Positions 1 to 14,646 of a DNA stretch of 64,000 nt are shown here, one piece after another. The position numbers were made by a program, and so were the translations under genes. Numbering within the stretch: position 1 is the stretch's first letter; each line of letters begins with the position of its first letter. The stretch spans positions 215,388,001 to 215,452,000 of the forward strand of contig OZ024743.1 in the NCBI GenBank assembly GCA_964016885.1. The letters run 5' to 3'. The stretch comes from Eledone cirrhosa (taxonomy: Eukaryota). The notes under the pieces are model-generated. The model searched no databases. It saw only the letters and a list, made by a program, of their open reading frames with translations, and was not told where the DNA came from.

Positions 1-217
1 TTTTTTTCTCTACATGGATTGGAGAATATATAAAGATGAGGTAAATATCTCACTGAGTACTAAGTACACATTGAGATATATAGGGTACCTATAATATAAT
101 TGTTGTTCTTTGATACTAATTAGAGATACCATAACTATAAAAATTTATGAGCAGAGCAAACAAACATTAAACAATACTTTAAATAAATTAAAAAATAATT
201 TAAATATCTAGCTGTTC

Positions 218-863
<646 letters not shown>

Positions 864-866
<3 letters not shown>

Positions 867-1241
867 CCTTTTTCTCACATGACTACAATTTCACAGAACC
901 TATGTTCACCGAATTCAAGGACTAGACTCCTTCTTCCTCCCGTTTGACCTGTGCGGAATTCCTTCCTTGCTCACATTTCGACTATGTTTGATGGTATTTA
1001 TTCTCTTTCGTTCACGATTTCACCGAACTTATATTCATGGAAATGTGGGACTTGACTCTTTCTTCCTCACCTTTCGTTGCTTTACCAACTTTGTTTCTTT
1101 ACTGTCTCGTTCGTTACCCTTATTTACGTGACCCAGAGATTTTCTTTAGCCGTTGCTCGCACCAACCGAAGGTATATGGTCTTTAAAGAGATGGAATACC
1201 AATGAATGTTGGAAGATCACTGATAAAGACTGACTTTATTC
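864..1241. other. unclassified non-microsatellite insert between (TA)n arrays
   Basis: About 380 bp of unique sequence bounded by TA arrays. No ORF or HHR recognised. Confidence 0.3.
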
Positions 1242-1302
1242 ATATATATATATATATATATATTGTTATACTTTGTATATATGTATATATATATGTATAT
1301 AC

Positions 1303-1440
<138 letters not shown>

Positions 1441-1492
1441 ACATATATATATATATATATATATATATCTACATATATATATATATATATAC

Positions 1493-1571
<79 letters not shown>

Positions 1572-1586
1572 CATATATATATATAC

Positions 1587-1619
<33 letters not shown>

Positions 1620-2254
1620 CATTAGCTAAGATCTTTCTTTCCCTTATTACGAAGCATTTTCCCCCTACACATAAACATATTAAAATGTTTAATAGAAATA
1701 CTATTACACTTTTTTACTCTACGACTCCTAACCTACGACATAACATCACAGCTTCAAATTTAGCTAAACTTCCTAGCCGTAGGAACACGTGCAACCCTGT
1801 AGTTAGTACTAACTCTAATTGTAGGAATCGGGCTGATTGCCCCCTATCCGGGAAATGCCTCTCTAGTAACATTGTCTACACATGTAAGGTTGTAACACCC
1901 ACTTCCCGTAGGGCCTACATAGGGTTAACCGCCAATAGTTTCAAGCAGCGTCTTTACATGCATACCCATTCTTTTCGTTACCCTCTAAGAAGGAATATAA
2001 CGTCACTTTCAGCTTATATCTGGAGTCTAAAAGACAACCACACTCAATATAAGTTACGCTGGGAGATCCTAGCTAGGGCTAGATCGTATAACAGAAATAA
2101 AAGACCATGTGACCTCTGCGCCGATGAGGCCCTGGAAATACTCTACGCCACAGACCACATCTTAAACAAAAAATCTGAGGCAATTTCGGCTTGGAAACAT
2201 AAATTGCACAAAACTTTCCTGTATTACAGACCCACGTTATTCCCTAACGGATAG
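1620..2254 (+). pseudogene. GIY-YIG endonuclease C-terminal fragment in upstream partial copy
   Basis: [14 protein letters not shown]…IVYTC…AYIGLT…CDLC…LNKKSE; duplicate of 4870-5504. Confidence 0.9.
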
Positions 2255-3152
2255 TACGATCTATACGTGGATATTTTACGTCTTAAAGTGAGAGCTAAGT
2301 ATATGTTTTGTTTATTCCTTTACTTATTTGCATAGGTAAGTATAAATTACCCGTATGTTTTGTGAAGGTACGTATACATTCTCGTACGTTTATTTGATTG
2401 TAATTTTTTATATATTCTGGTACATAGGGTTTGGCTATGTGAATACGGGAGTTTTGCATATGTGTGAGTATGCAGGTTCGTACGTATGGTGTGTGTGTGT
2501 ATATGTGTATTTCTTGTTTTAGTTGACTTACGTCTCCGAACATTCGTGTATTTATATGTAGGTATGTGTGTGCGCTTGTTATATACGTATGTATTTATTT
2601 ATATACGTTTATATAATTATTTATTTGTATACACGCATACACACACACACATATTTATATGTTCGTGGTTTTGTATACCTATGGTAAGGTTTTGCGTATG
2701 CTTGTGTATGTACGTATTTGTTTGCATGTATGTATTTATTTATTTCTATTACTTCTGTATTGTATTTATTTACTTTGTTCTTAACTCTGTAGCGGAGATT
2801 CATTTGGTCTCCTAGTTAGAATTTTAGTCTACGACTTCTGCTATACCATTTCCGTGGCTTTGTCTTTGCGTGCTATTGGTCTCCACGCTCCACATTGACG
2901 TATTATCTTCGTTTTTTCGTTCATTGCCAGAGAACGTCTCTATGCACCACCTAAGAGAACATTAGTCTACGACCTCTTTTATACCATAAACGTGGTTCTG
3001 TCTTTGCGCGTAATTGTTTTTGACCGCTCCTATTAATGACGTATCATTCGTTTTTTCCAGTTCTTTGCCAGCGAACGTTTCCCCGAACCAAAGTATCGTC
3101 TTCCTGTCTTCCTCCGGGTGCAACGTATTTTGAAATATCCAGTTCTGCGTTT

Positions 3153-3228
3153 ACAGATTGACTTTGTTAGTTTCAGAAGAACCCATTAAGGGTGAAAGCA
3201 GCTATTCTTTGCTTAAACTTTAATCTGT
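3153..3228 (+). ncRNA. HHR-like motif with non-canonical core CAGAAGA (second copy ~6393-6468)
   Basis: acagattg..agttt-CAGAAGA-accc attaa gggt-GAAA-gcagc-TA..aaact..taatctgt, followed by AATAAA. Confidence 0.5.
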
Positions 3229-3373
3229 TATTTTAATAAATATTTGCTCTACGGTTCTTATATATTTGATATATATCTATCCTTCTCGAGCACTCTTTGG
3301 ATTTTAGTCTTCAACTTTATTATTATTACTATTGGGCTCCCTCGGTTGAGCACTCTACTGATTTATATTAATC

Positions 3374-5504
3374 ATGCAGAAACAACATCTGAATATTTCT
3401 ACAAAGAACATACCCGTACCAAGCAGGAAAACATACCTAAAACTCCTGATACAGAAAACAGACGCGTTCATTAAAAGGTTGCGTCGGCGTGCCTTTTCTT
3501 TCGATAATCCACGAAAAGCAGACAACAAAAAGGATAAATTTGGATTTAAAACCTATAATAACCCCCCGTGGAACCCAGCATTGCTACCCTTCGAAAATGA
3601 TATGTTGGATCTCATTCGGAGTATCAAATTTCGGAATAGGAGCAATTCCTTCCAGCAAGACCTGAAGAATAGAATTCGTTCTATTAAGGATTCTAACGCC
3701 GTGCACGTCCATTCCGACAAAACTGGCAACCTATATCAAGTGGAGCGCAGTACTTACCATCAACTACTACATAATGCTGTAACTAAGGATTACCGTAAAA
3801 CTAATCGGGGCGTCATCAATGAAATCAACGATGATGGGTTTAAAATCACATCTGATCTCAACATCCTGGACCGGACCGAACCTCTGGACCCTATTTCTCC
3901 CCACTTTACCCTGAAGGATCACAAATCCAATTTTCCGAACAACCCCTCGATCCGGCTTATTAACCCTACGAAGTCCGATTTTAGGTAGACTTAGTAAAAT
4001 GATTCTTGATAGAATTATTCCTGCAATTAGAAGTTTGGCCCCTCTTGCACTGTGGTACAATTCTGTCGTGGTGATTGATTGGTTCAACGGCATATGTAAC
4101 AAGGAACATTGCCGTTTTATCCAATTCGACATCAACAATTACTACTCCTCCATCACTTTACCACTTCTCCTTAGAGCTATCAATTTCGCTAAAACACTCA
4201 CAGTGGTTAAGGATTTCGAAGTTGATGTCATCCTCAATGCCCGAAAGTCGGTGATTAATTTCGACGACACTATTTGGATTAAAAAATCCAATAGTACCCC
4301 ATTCGACGTGAGTATGGGCGCCAGCGACTCTGCGGAGGTTACTGACCTGATTGGCCTTTTCCTTCTTTTCTCTATCAAGGACGAATTCCCCAACGCGGGC
4401 GGTGGTTTGTACCGTGACGATGGTCTTTTGACCATGACTAAGTGCGGACCTCGTGCTTGCGACAGGTTCAGAAAAGAACTCACAGCCTTCTTTAAAGGCT
4501 TCAACCTCTCTATACAGGTTGAGACCAATCTCTCGGTCGTTAATTACCTCGACGTTACCCTCAATTTATTGAATGGGTTGTATTACCCGTATAGAAAGCC
4601 GAATGATACGCTTAATTACATAAGTAAGCATTCCAACCATCCTGCCAGCATAACCAAGAACCTGATAAGAAACGTTTCGTTGAGGCTTTCCCGTCTTTCC
4701 ACCAACGAGCGTATTTTCAACGACCATTCCACTTATTACAATAAAGCTCTTGCTCGAAGTGGATTTGTCGATAAGGTAGCATATACAGAGTACGAAAATA
4801 GACCTAGAAGAAATAGATCACGTCGCATTTGTTGGTATAACCCGCCATATAATATGGAGGTGGACACACCATTAGCTAAGATCTTTCTTTCCCTTATTAC
4901 GAAGCATTTTCCCCCTACACATAAATATAGTAAAATTGTTAATAGAAATACTATTAAAATTTCTTACTCTACGACTGCAAACCTTGCACATAACATCACA
5001 GCTTCAAATTTAGCTAAACTTCCTAGCCGTAGGAACACGTGCAACCCTGTAGGTAGTACTAACTGTAATTGTAGGAATCGGGCTGATTGCCCCCTATCCG
5101 GGAAATGCCCCTCTAGTAACATTGTCTACAAATATAAGGTTGTAACACCCACTTCCCGTAGGGCCTACATAGGGTTAACCGCCAATAGTTTCAAGCAGCG
5201 TCTTTACATGCATACCCATTCTTTTCGTTACCCTCTAAGAAGGAATATGACGTCACTTTCAGCTTATATCTGGTGTCTAAAAGACAACCACACCCAATAT
5301 AAGTTACACTGGGAGATCCTAGCTAGGGCTAGATCGTATAACGGAAATAAAAGACCATGTGACCTCTGCGCCGATGACGCCCTGGAAATATTCTCCGCCA
5401 CAGACCACATCTTAAACAAAAAATCTGAGGCAATTTCGGCTTGTAAACATAAATTGCACAACACTTTCCTGTATTACAGCCTCACGTTATACCCTAACGG
5501 ATAG
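3374..5504 (+). CDS. PLE reverse transcriptase-GIY-YIG endonuclease (~709 aa) with a single +1 frameshift at TTTT 3979-3982
   Basis: N-terminal STKNIPVPS; RT motifs FIQFDINNYY, MGASDSAE, YRDDGL; CxCx5Cx5C linker; YIG endonuclease. Removing one T joins ORFs 3374-3988 and 3999-5504 as KSDLGRLSKMILD. Confidence 0.9.
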
Positions 5505-6642
5505 TACGATCTATACGTGGATATTTTACGTCTTGATGTGGGAGCTAAGTATATGTTTTGTTTATTCCTTTACTTATTTGCATAGGTAAGTATATATTAC
5601 CCGTATGTTTTGTGAAGGTACGTATACCTTCTCGTACGTTTATTTGATTGTAATTTTTTATATATTCTGGTACATAGGGTTTGGCTATGCGAATACGGGA
5701 GTTTTGCGTCTGTGTGAGTATGCAGGTTAGTACATATGGTGGATGTGTGTATAAGTGTATTTCTTGTATTTCTTGTCTCCGAACATTCGTGTATTTATAT
5801 GTAGGTATGTGTGTGCGCTTGCTATATACGTATGTATTTATTTATATACGGTTATATAATTATTTATTTGTATATACGCATACACACACACACATATTTA
5901 TATGTTCGTGGTTTTGTATACTTTTGGTAAGGTTTTGCGTATGCTTGTGTATGTACGTATTTGTTTGCATGTATGTATTTATTTATTTCTATTACTTCTG
6001 TATTGTATTTATTTACTTTGTTCTTAACTCTGTAGCGGAGATTCATTTGGTCTCCTAGTTAGAATTTTAGTCTACGGCTTCTGCTATACCATTTACGTGG
6101 TTTTGTCTTTGCGTGCTATTGTTCTCCACGCACCACATTGACGTATTATCTTCGTTTTTCGTTCATTGCCAGAGAACGTCTCTATGCACCACCTAAGAGT
6201 ATATAGTCTACGACCTCTTTTATACCATAAACGTGGTTCTGTCTTTGCGCGTAATTGTTTTTCACCGCTCCTATTAATGACGTATATTCGTTTTTTCCCG
6301 TTCTTTGCCAGCGAACGTTTCCACGAACCAAAGAATCGTCTTCCTGTCTTCCTCCGGTTGCAAAGTTTTTTGAAATATCCAGTTCTGCGTTTACAGATTG
6401 ACTTTGTTAGTTTCAGAAGATCCCGTTAAGGGTGAAAGCAGCGATTCTGTGCTTAAACTTTAATCTGTTATTTTAATAAATATTTGCTCTATGGTTCTTA
6501 TATATTTGATATATATCTATCCTTATCGAGCCCTCTTTGGATTTTAGTCTTCAAATTTATTATTATTACTATAAATATATATATATACATATATACATAT
6601 ATATACATATATACATATATGTACATATATATATATATATAT

Positions 6643-6828
6643 GGACAGACTGTAATATTATAGTTAGTATACTTCATTCTAGCTAACTAAATTTTCTTTT
6701 GCAATATAAATACAGATATGTTGGCATTTGTGTTTCATCATATATATTAATTTATATTTAAATGTTTTACACGGCTCAGAAATATTTCTTTCTTTGAGCT
6801 AATTTCATTGTAAAAGAGTTCATTACAC

Positions 6829-6832
<4 letters not shown>
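6643..6832 (+). mobile_element. short 3'-terminal fragment of the family D/J tail
   Basis: Homologous to 31609-31790 and 44150-44360 (ttagt…ttcatt…acggctc-gaaat…gagct). Embedded in TA. Confidence 0.65.
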
Positions 6833-6896
<64 letters not shown>

Positions 6897-7136
6897 CAGG
6901 CTGTTCGCTTATTTACAAACGAACAAAGCGGGCGTTATAATAAACGTTCGCTAAACTGATACGTACATGTATATATGTGTACCTGTATGTATATATGTAT
7001 ATGTATGTATATATATATGTATATATGCATGCTACTGTGCGTCTGTATACATATATGTATGTGCGTATACATACATACATTTAAGTAAGTGCCGTACTAA
7101 GAGTGAGAAATGAAATTTCGTTTCATTATATTACAA

Positions 7137-7200
<64 letters not shown>

Positions 7201-7227
7201 TATATACATATATGTATATATATATAC

Positions 7228-8194
7228 AACCGCGACATAGTACCTTCAAATTACAGAACAAATCGGAACTATTAGATATATCAATCTGAAAATGTTAAAC
7301 TGTGTAACTTTAAATTTTCTAACCTCTTTAATATTGAATATTGACTATTAATTGTTTAACTCCATCCTATAAGTCTAAACATTGTAACACACTGACCCCA
7401 TTACATTCACCTCTGCTAAGATGCGGATCCCTGTGAAAATGTTCTCGCGCCACTCCTGGCCTGACTGTAGTCTGATATTAATATCGACGTTTCTTCCTCT
7501 TTCTTTCTATCTTCCTTCTTGTAGCCATCAACCCTTATTTTTCTACTTCTCCCTTCTCTTCCTTCTCTTCTCCCCTCTTCCTGTCTTCCTCCCGCAGACT
7601 TATCTTACTTCCCCCTTTTGTTTGCCTATATCTGACCGGTAGTAGTTGTCTTTATTCTTATAGCTGACATTATCCCTGGCTTTTCTTCTTCCATCCCCCT
7701 TCTTCTCTCCCCTTCCTTTCTTTCTTTCTTTTATCTTGTGGCATGAGATTGACGCTAACTTATGTTCCAATCCCTTTCTGTTTTCGTTTATCTGACCGGT
7801 AGTAGCACACTGTAAACTTTAGCCACGTCACTCGAGGGCGACCGGCTGAGGTTGAAGGAGCAGGATAGCCATCACCCTCGGTTTCTCGATGTTCAGCCCC
7901 ATGGATTTTATCTATTACATTCAGGTATTATATTTCGAATACCTGATGATATCACCGGATTCATACGTAACCGGTCATTGAAATGATCATAGTATAATAA
8001 ACCTTTCAAGGATTTACACAAATCCAGCCTCCTGTCATTTCATTATAATGTTTAACTCCGTAATAGCACCACCAACTATAAAAACAAAGACGGTTGAACT
8101 GCTTTACGTTGAGTACTCTCTATATTATTACATTACGATTCACCATACGGAATAGACCAGCTCTATACAGTGGTGAAACTCAAACCTGAATAAT

Positions 8195-8195
<1 letters not shown>
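7228..8195 (+). mobile_element. non-coding PLE-type 3' fragment (family L) with HHR
   Basis: TA-flanked. HHR followed by AATAAA and a TTGAGTACT tail motif. Confidence 0.65.
7939..7995 (+). ncRNA. minimal type I hammerhead ribozyme
   Basis: atac-CTGATGA-tatc accgg..ccggt catt-GAAA-tgatca-TA-gtat; palindromic stem III. Confidence 0.75.
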
Positions 8196-8226
<31 letters not shown>

Positions 8227-8327
8227 TACATATATATATATGCATATATACATATATATACACATATATATATATATATATACATATATACATATATCTA
8301 TCTATATACATACATATATATATATAC

Positions 8328-8360
<33 letters not shown>

Positions 8361-8389
8361 CACACACATATATATATATATATATATAT

Positions 8390-8995
8390 GGTGGCTGCCA
8401 ACTCGTTTTCGAGTACGGCCACTACTTTATATCCATGTAGGAGAACCCCTACCGATGCGCTGAACGAGTGACTTTTTAGTCCAGCCAGCGACTTGAAAAC
8501 TCTGGTACAAACACTACACCTGTGACAATTATTGACACATAGTGCTGGGCCCATGGTACCATGTGACGACAAGTGCAGAGAGATCTCCAGATATAAAGCA
8601 ATGCCTGTGCCGTGAAGCTTTTATAGTGAGCAAAGGCACTGCACAAAGTCAGTCCCACTCTCTTAACCAAGATGATATTTACCAAAAAGAAGAACAAGTC
8701 AACATCATTGGATACCATCAAGGTTGCAGGTATTATATCAGAGTTTTCCTTCCCCTAGAATTCTGCCTTGACAAAGGCTAAGGGGTCATCTCTCCCGGTG
8801 ATTTTGGATGGCCATTGACTCTTAATAGCTCCTTTGCCCTTTGACAGGTTTTGTTTTTAGTCCTGCAGGATGTCCAAAGTCACCCTCCTCACCAAGAAAC
8901 CTTGGTGGGGTTGCCAGTTTAGTCGCCAACGACCCGACCATGAGACAGGTTGTACTGGGATACATGTTACCAGTAGCACCAACTGGTGACTTGAC
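8390..8995 (-). mobile_element. non-autonomous bipartite RTE derivative (5' UTR fused to ORF end/3' UTR)
   Basis: Minus strand has an RTE-type 5' UTR (ggcgactaaactggcaacc; aggggaaggaaaactctga), a C2H2 ORF end [17 protein letters not shown] and a 3' hairpin ctcg-aaaa-cgag. Confidence 0.7.
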
Positions 8996-9065
8996 ATATA
9001 TACACATACACACACATACACATATACATACATACATACACATATATATATATATATATATATAC

Positions 9066-9096
<31 letters not shown>

Positions 9097-9239
9097 CATA
9101 TACATACATACATACATACATACATATACACATACATACACACATATACATATATACACATACATACATACATATATATACATACACATACATATATACA
9201 TATATATATATACACATACATACATATATACATACATAC

Positions 9240-9274
<35 letters not shown>

Positions 9275-9275
9275 T

Positions 9276-9883
9276 GGTGGCTGCCAACTCGTTTTCGAGT
9301 ACGGCCACTACTTTATATTCATGTAGGAGAACCCCTACCGATGCGCTGAACGAGTGTGACTTTTTAGTCCAGCCAGCGACTTGAAAACTCTGGTACAAAC
9401 ACTACACTTGTGACAATTATTGACACATAGTGCTTTGCCTTTGGTACCATGTGACGACAAGTGCAGAGAGATCTCCAGATATAAAGCAATGCCTGTGCCG
9501 TGAAGCTTTTATAGTGAGCAAAGGCACTGCACAAAGCCAGTCCCACTCTCTTAACCAAGATGATATTTACCAAAAAGAAGAACAAGTCAACATCATTGGA
9601 TACCATCAGGGTTGCAGGTATTATATCAGAGTTTTCCTTCTCCTAGAATTCTGCCTTGACAAAGGCTAAGGGGTCATCTCTCCCGGTGATTTTGGATGGC
9701 CATTGACTCTTAATAGCTCCTTTGCCCTTTGACAGGTTTTGTTTTTAGTCCTGCAGGATGTCCAAAGTCACCCTCCTCACCAAGAAACCTTGGTGGGGTT
9801 GCCAGTTTAGTCGCCAACGACCCGACCATGAAACAGGTTGTACTGGGATACATGTTACCAGTTGCACCAACTGGTGACTTGAC
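9276..9883 (-). mobile_element. second copy of RTE derivative (tandem duplication)
   Basis: Nearly identical to 8390-8995, including flanking microsatellite. Confidence 0.7.
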
Positions 9884-9953
9884 ATATATACACATACATA
9901 CACATACATATATACATACATACATACACATATATATATATATATATATATAC

Positions 9954-9984
<31 letters not shown>

Positions 9985-10147
9985 CATATACATACATACA
10001 TACATACATACATATACACATATACATACATACATACACATACATACATACATACATATATATACATACACATACATATATACATATATATATATACACA
10101 TACATACATATATACACACACATACATACATACATACATATATATAT

Positions 10148-10288
10148 GGTGGCTGCCAACTCGTTTTCGAGTACGGCCACTACTTTATATTCATGTAGGA
10201 GAACCCCTACCGATGCGCTGAACGAGTGTGACTTTTTAGTCCAGCCAGCGACTTGAAAACTCTGGTACAAACACTACACTTGTGACAA
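10148..10288 (-). mobile_element. third, truncated copy of RTE derivative
   Basis: Same sequence as 9276-9417, cut by (TA)n. Confidence 0.7.
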
Positions 10289-10325
10289 TATATATATATA
10301 CATACATATATACATACATATATAT

Positions 10326-10406
<81 letters not shown>

Positions 10407-10510
10407 CACATATATATATACATATATACATATATATATATATATTCATACATACATATATATATACACATATATATATACATATATACATATATATAGA
10501 TTCATACATG

Positions 10511-10576
<66 letters not shown>

Positions 10577-10580
<4 letters not shown>

Positions 10581-11899
10581 AGCGAGTGGTGAGATCGCGA
10601 ATGACCCACTTCCTTGAGAGTAACAATATGCTGAACTCCAACCAGCATGGATTCCGTAATGGAAGGGATTGCCTGACGCAACTACTGCATCACTTTGATG
10701 ACATTTTGAGAGCCTTGGGAGAGGGTTCCAACACTGATGTTATCTACCTTGATTTCAGCAAGGCCTTTGACAGGGTTGATCATAACATTCTACTGAGAAA
10801 GCTGTCCAATATTGGTGTCACTGGAAAGCTGCTGCAGTGGATCAAGAGCTTCCTGTCAAACAGAACCCAACATGTTGTAGTTGAGGGAGTCAAATCAAGC
10901 CCAGCCAAAGTCAGTAGTGGAGTCCCACAAGGCACTGTGTTGGGCCCACTTCTCTTCATCATCTATATTAATGACATCACTGACATCATCAAACACAGCA
11001 ACATTAAAATTTTCGCTGATGATTCCAAGCTCCAAAAGGTCATCAATGGCGTGGATGACCGGATAAGCCTTCAGTCAGACCTACTGGCTGTTACCCAATG
11101 GGCAGAAAAGAACAACATGTTACTGAACGAAGACAAATTCGAACTGATCCACTTTGGAAAAGAGGATGCTCTGAAACTCCCGTACTCCCTTCCCTCCGGG
11201 GAAACTCTCGTGGCATCTAACAACATCAGAGACTTGGGAGTAACCGTGGACAGCAACATAAGCTGGACCACGCATATAAGCAGCAAAGTTGACATGGCCC
11301 GCAGAATGTGTTCCTGGATCCTCAGAACCTTCCAGTCGAGAGATTCCCGCACCATTATCCTTCTCTTCTCTACTTTCGCCCGACCACACCTTGAATACTG
11401 TTGTCCACTGTGGTCTCCCCACACGAAACAAAGTATCATGAAACTTGAAGCTCCTCAAAGGGCAATCACGAAAAAGATAGATGGCATGTCAGACCTTGAC
11501 TACTGGGGTCGATTGGAAAACCTGAAACTTTACTCACTCCAACGTCGCCGTGAGCGTTATATTATCTGCATGATGTGGAAAATGTTCCATCATCACTGCC
11601 CAAATGATGTTGGCATCGCCTTCAAGATACACCCAAGGCTTGGGCCCCGTGCTATCCGTCCCATTCAAAAATCTAAATCGCAACTCATAACAACAATACG
11701 GCACAATTATTTCACCTCAATCGGCCCTGCTCTCTTCAACATCACACCAGGACACGTCAAAACAGAAACTGACCACACAAGATTCAAGAAGTCTTTGGAC
11801 AAATTCCTCCAAGTAATCCCGGACAAACCACCCACACCCGGATATGTCTCCGCAAACAGTAATTCTCTTCTCGAATGGGCCATGGTGCCCAAATCCTGA
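10577..11899 (+). CDS. LINE ORF2 reverse transcriptase (partial)
   Basis: [49 protein letters not shown]. Confidence 0.9.
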
Positions 11900-11985
11900 A
11901 TTGAAAGACTTCGCCAGGTGGTGCTATTAAGTTAGACATGGCCTGGGCCAATACTGGCCAAAACACTTCAAAGTTATTCAAAGTT
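10577..11985 (+). mobile_element. 5'-truncated CR1-group LINE
   Basis: Uninterrupted RT ORF. 3' end has a tandem ttcaaagtta repeat. Confidence 0.9.
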
Positions 11986-12017
11986 ATATATATATATACA
12001 CATATATATATATATAC

Positions 12018-12062
<45 letters not shown>

Positions 12063-12127
12063 TATATATAAACTTATATATATACATATATACATATATA
12101 CATATATATATACACATATATATATAA

Positions 12128-12354
12128 GTGAAGGCGTGTGACTGAGTGGTTAGAGAATTGGATTCACAATATTGAGGTTGTGAGTTCGATTTCTGGACCG
12201 GGCGATGTGTTGTGTCCTTGAGCAAGACACTTTATTTCACGTTGCTCCGACCATGACAGGCAACCGATAGATAGTACTATCAACTGGAAAGACCAACGGA
12301 AACATTGTTTCCTCGGTCCGATTTGACGAAAGTGATCGATTAAAAAGAAAAAAA
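12128..12354 (+). mobile_element. tRNA-derived SINE (CORE-like central region)
   Basis: A-box-like tgactgagtgg, B-box-like gagttcgattt, gtgtccttgagcaagacact, A-rich tail. Confidence 0.75.
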
Positions 12355-12436
12355 TGTATATATATATATATATACATAGATACATATATGTATATATATT
12401 TATATGTATGTATATATATATATATATAAATATATG

Positions 12437-12475
<39 letters not shown>

Positions 12476-12489
12476 ATATATCTATGTAT

Positions 12490-12528
<39 letters not shown>

Positions 12529-12545
12529 CATATAAACATATATAT

Positions 12546-12576
<31 letters not shown>

Positions 12577-12730
12577 TACATATGTATATGTATATATATA
12601 TATGTGTATATGTATATTTATATATGTATATATGTATATGTATATATATATGTGTGTATATGTATATTTATATATGTATATATGTACATATACATAGATA
12701 CATATATGTATATATATTTATAGGTATGTC

Positions 12731-12818
<88 letters not shown>

Positions 12819-12830
12819 TATATATCTATG

Positions 12831-12861
<31 letters not shown>

Positions 12862-13136
12862 GTAGGAGGTGAGTTTTATTGTAGTACAATAAAGCAATGC
12901 AGATATCGGATAAGAAGCACTCTACAGTTTGTAGGACTGGAGTATACATAATATATAAGATCAAAAGATGGTTAAATGAGTTCCATGTATTTTATTATGC
13001 GCATTTCAAAAACAAATATCATCATGCAATAACATTTGTGTTTTCATCAGATAAAATAGGAGGACATGATATGAAGGTTAAAAACACTTGTGGATAGTGC
13101 AGTTTTAAATCAACATATGTTGATTTAAAACAGCAC

Positions 13137-13138
<2 letters not shown>
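12862..13138 (-). mobile_element. mini HHR element family G with fold-back at its 5' end
   Basis: Second copy at 18820-19106. Palindrome at 13095-13138. TA-flanked. Confidence 0.8.
12988..13058 (-). ncRNA. type I hammerhead ribozyme
   Basis: tattttat-CTGATGA-aaacacaaatg..tatttgttttt-GAAA-tgcgca-TA-ataaaata. Confidence 0.8.
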
Positions 13139-13176
<38 letters not shown>

Positions 13177-13194
13177 AATGTATATATATATATG

Positions 13195-13323
<129 letters not shown>

Positions 13324-13410
13324 CTATATATATCTATCTATCTATATATATATATATATATATACATATATACATGTATCTATATATACATATATATATA
13401 TATACATATA

Positions 13411-13534
<124 letters not shown>

Positions 13535-13535
13535 T

Positions 13536-13991
13536 GGTGGCTGCCAACTCGATTTCGAGTACGGCCACTACTTTCTATCCATGTAGGAGAACACCTACCG
13601 ATGCGCTGAACGAGTGTGATTTTTAGTCCAGCCAGCGACTTGAAAACTCTGTTACAAACACTACACTTGTGACAATTATTGACACATAGTGCTGGGCCCT
13701 TGGTACCGTGTGACGACAAGTGTAGAGAGATCTCCAGATATAAAGCAATGCCTGTGCCGTGAAGCTTTTATAGTGAGCAAAGGCACTGCACAAAGCCAGT
13801 CTCACTCTCTTAACCAAGATGATATTTACCAAAAAGAAGACCAAGTCAACATCATTGGATACCATCAGGGTTGCAGGTGTTATATCAGAGTTGTCCTTCT
13901 CCTAGAATTCTGCCTTGACAAAGGCTAAGGGGTCATCTCTCCCGTTTATTTTGGATGGCCATTGACTCTTAAGAGCTCCTTTGCCCTTTGA
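13536..13991 (-). mobile_element. 5'-truncated copy of RTE derivative
   Basis: Homologous to 8390-8843. Confidence 0.7.
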
Positions 13992-14178
13992 TATACATAT
14001 ATATATATAATTATATACATATATATATATACCATATAAACATATATATATATATACATATACGTATATATATATATACATATATATACATATATATATA
14101 TACATAAATATATATACATATATACATATATATATATACATATATACATATATATATACATATATATATATACATTTA

Positions 14179-14240
<62 letters not shown>

Positions 14241-14308
14241 TATATACATATATGCATATATATATATACATATGTATATACATATATACATATATATATA
14301 TATACAAT

Positions 14309-14360
<52 letters not shown>

Positions 14361-14406
14361 TATATACATATATACATATATATATACATATATATATATA
14401 TACATT

Positions 14407-14442
<36 letters not shown>

Positions 14443-14516
14443 CATATATATATACATATATGCATATATATATATACATATGTATATACATATATATATA
14501 TATATATATATACAAT

Positions 14517-14567
<51 letters not shown>

Positions 14568-14580
14568 GTATATATATATG

Positions 14581-14612
<32 letters not shown>

Positions 14613-14646
14613 TACATATATATATATATATACATCTATCTATCTA

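Larger units (their letters stand above)
1620..6572 (+). mobile_element. Penelope-like element (Naiad-like), full-length copy preceded by a partial tandem copy (pseudo-LTR)
   Basis: Direct repeat 1620-3332 vs 4870-6572 (both begin cattagctaagatc and end tattattactat). RT-GIY-YIG ORF lies between. (TA)n on both flanks. Confidence 0.93.

Noticed and set aside
3374-5504. Possible selenoprotein PLE or programmed frameshift
   Set aside because: No in-frame TGA. The break is one extra T without a slippery heptamer.
12128-12200. tRNA gene
   Set aside because: A/B boxes only, no cloverleaf, and the sequence continues into a SINE body.
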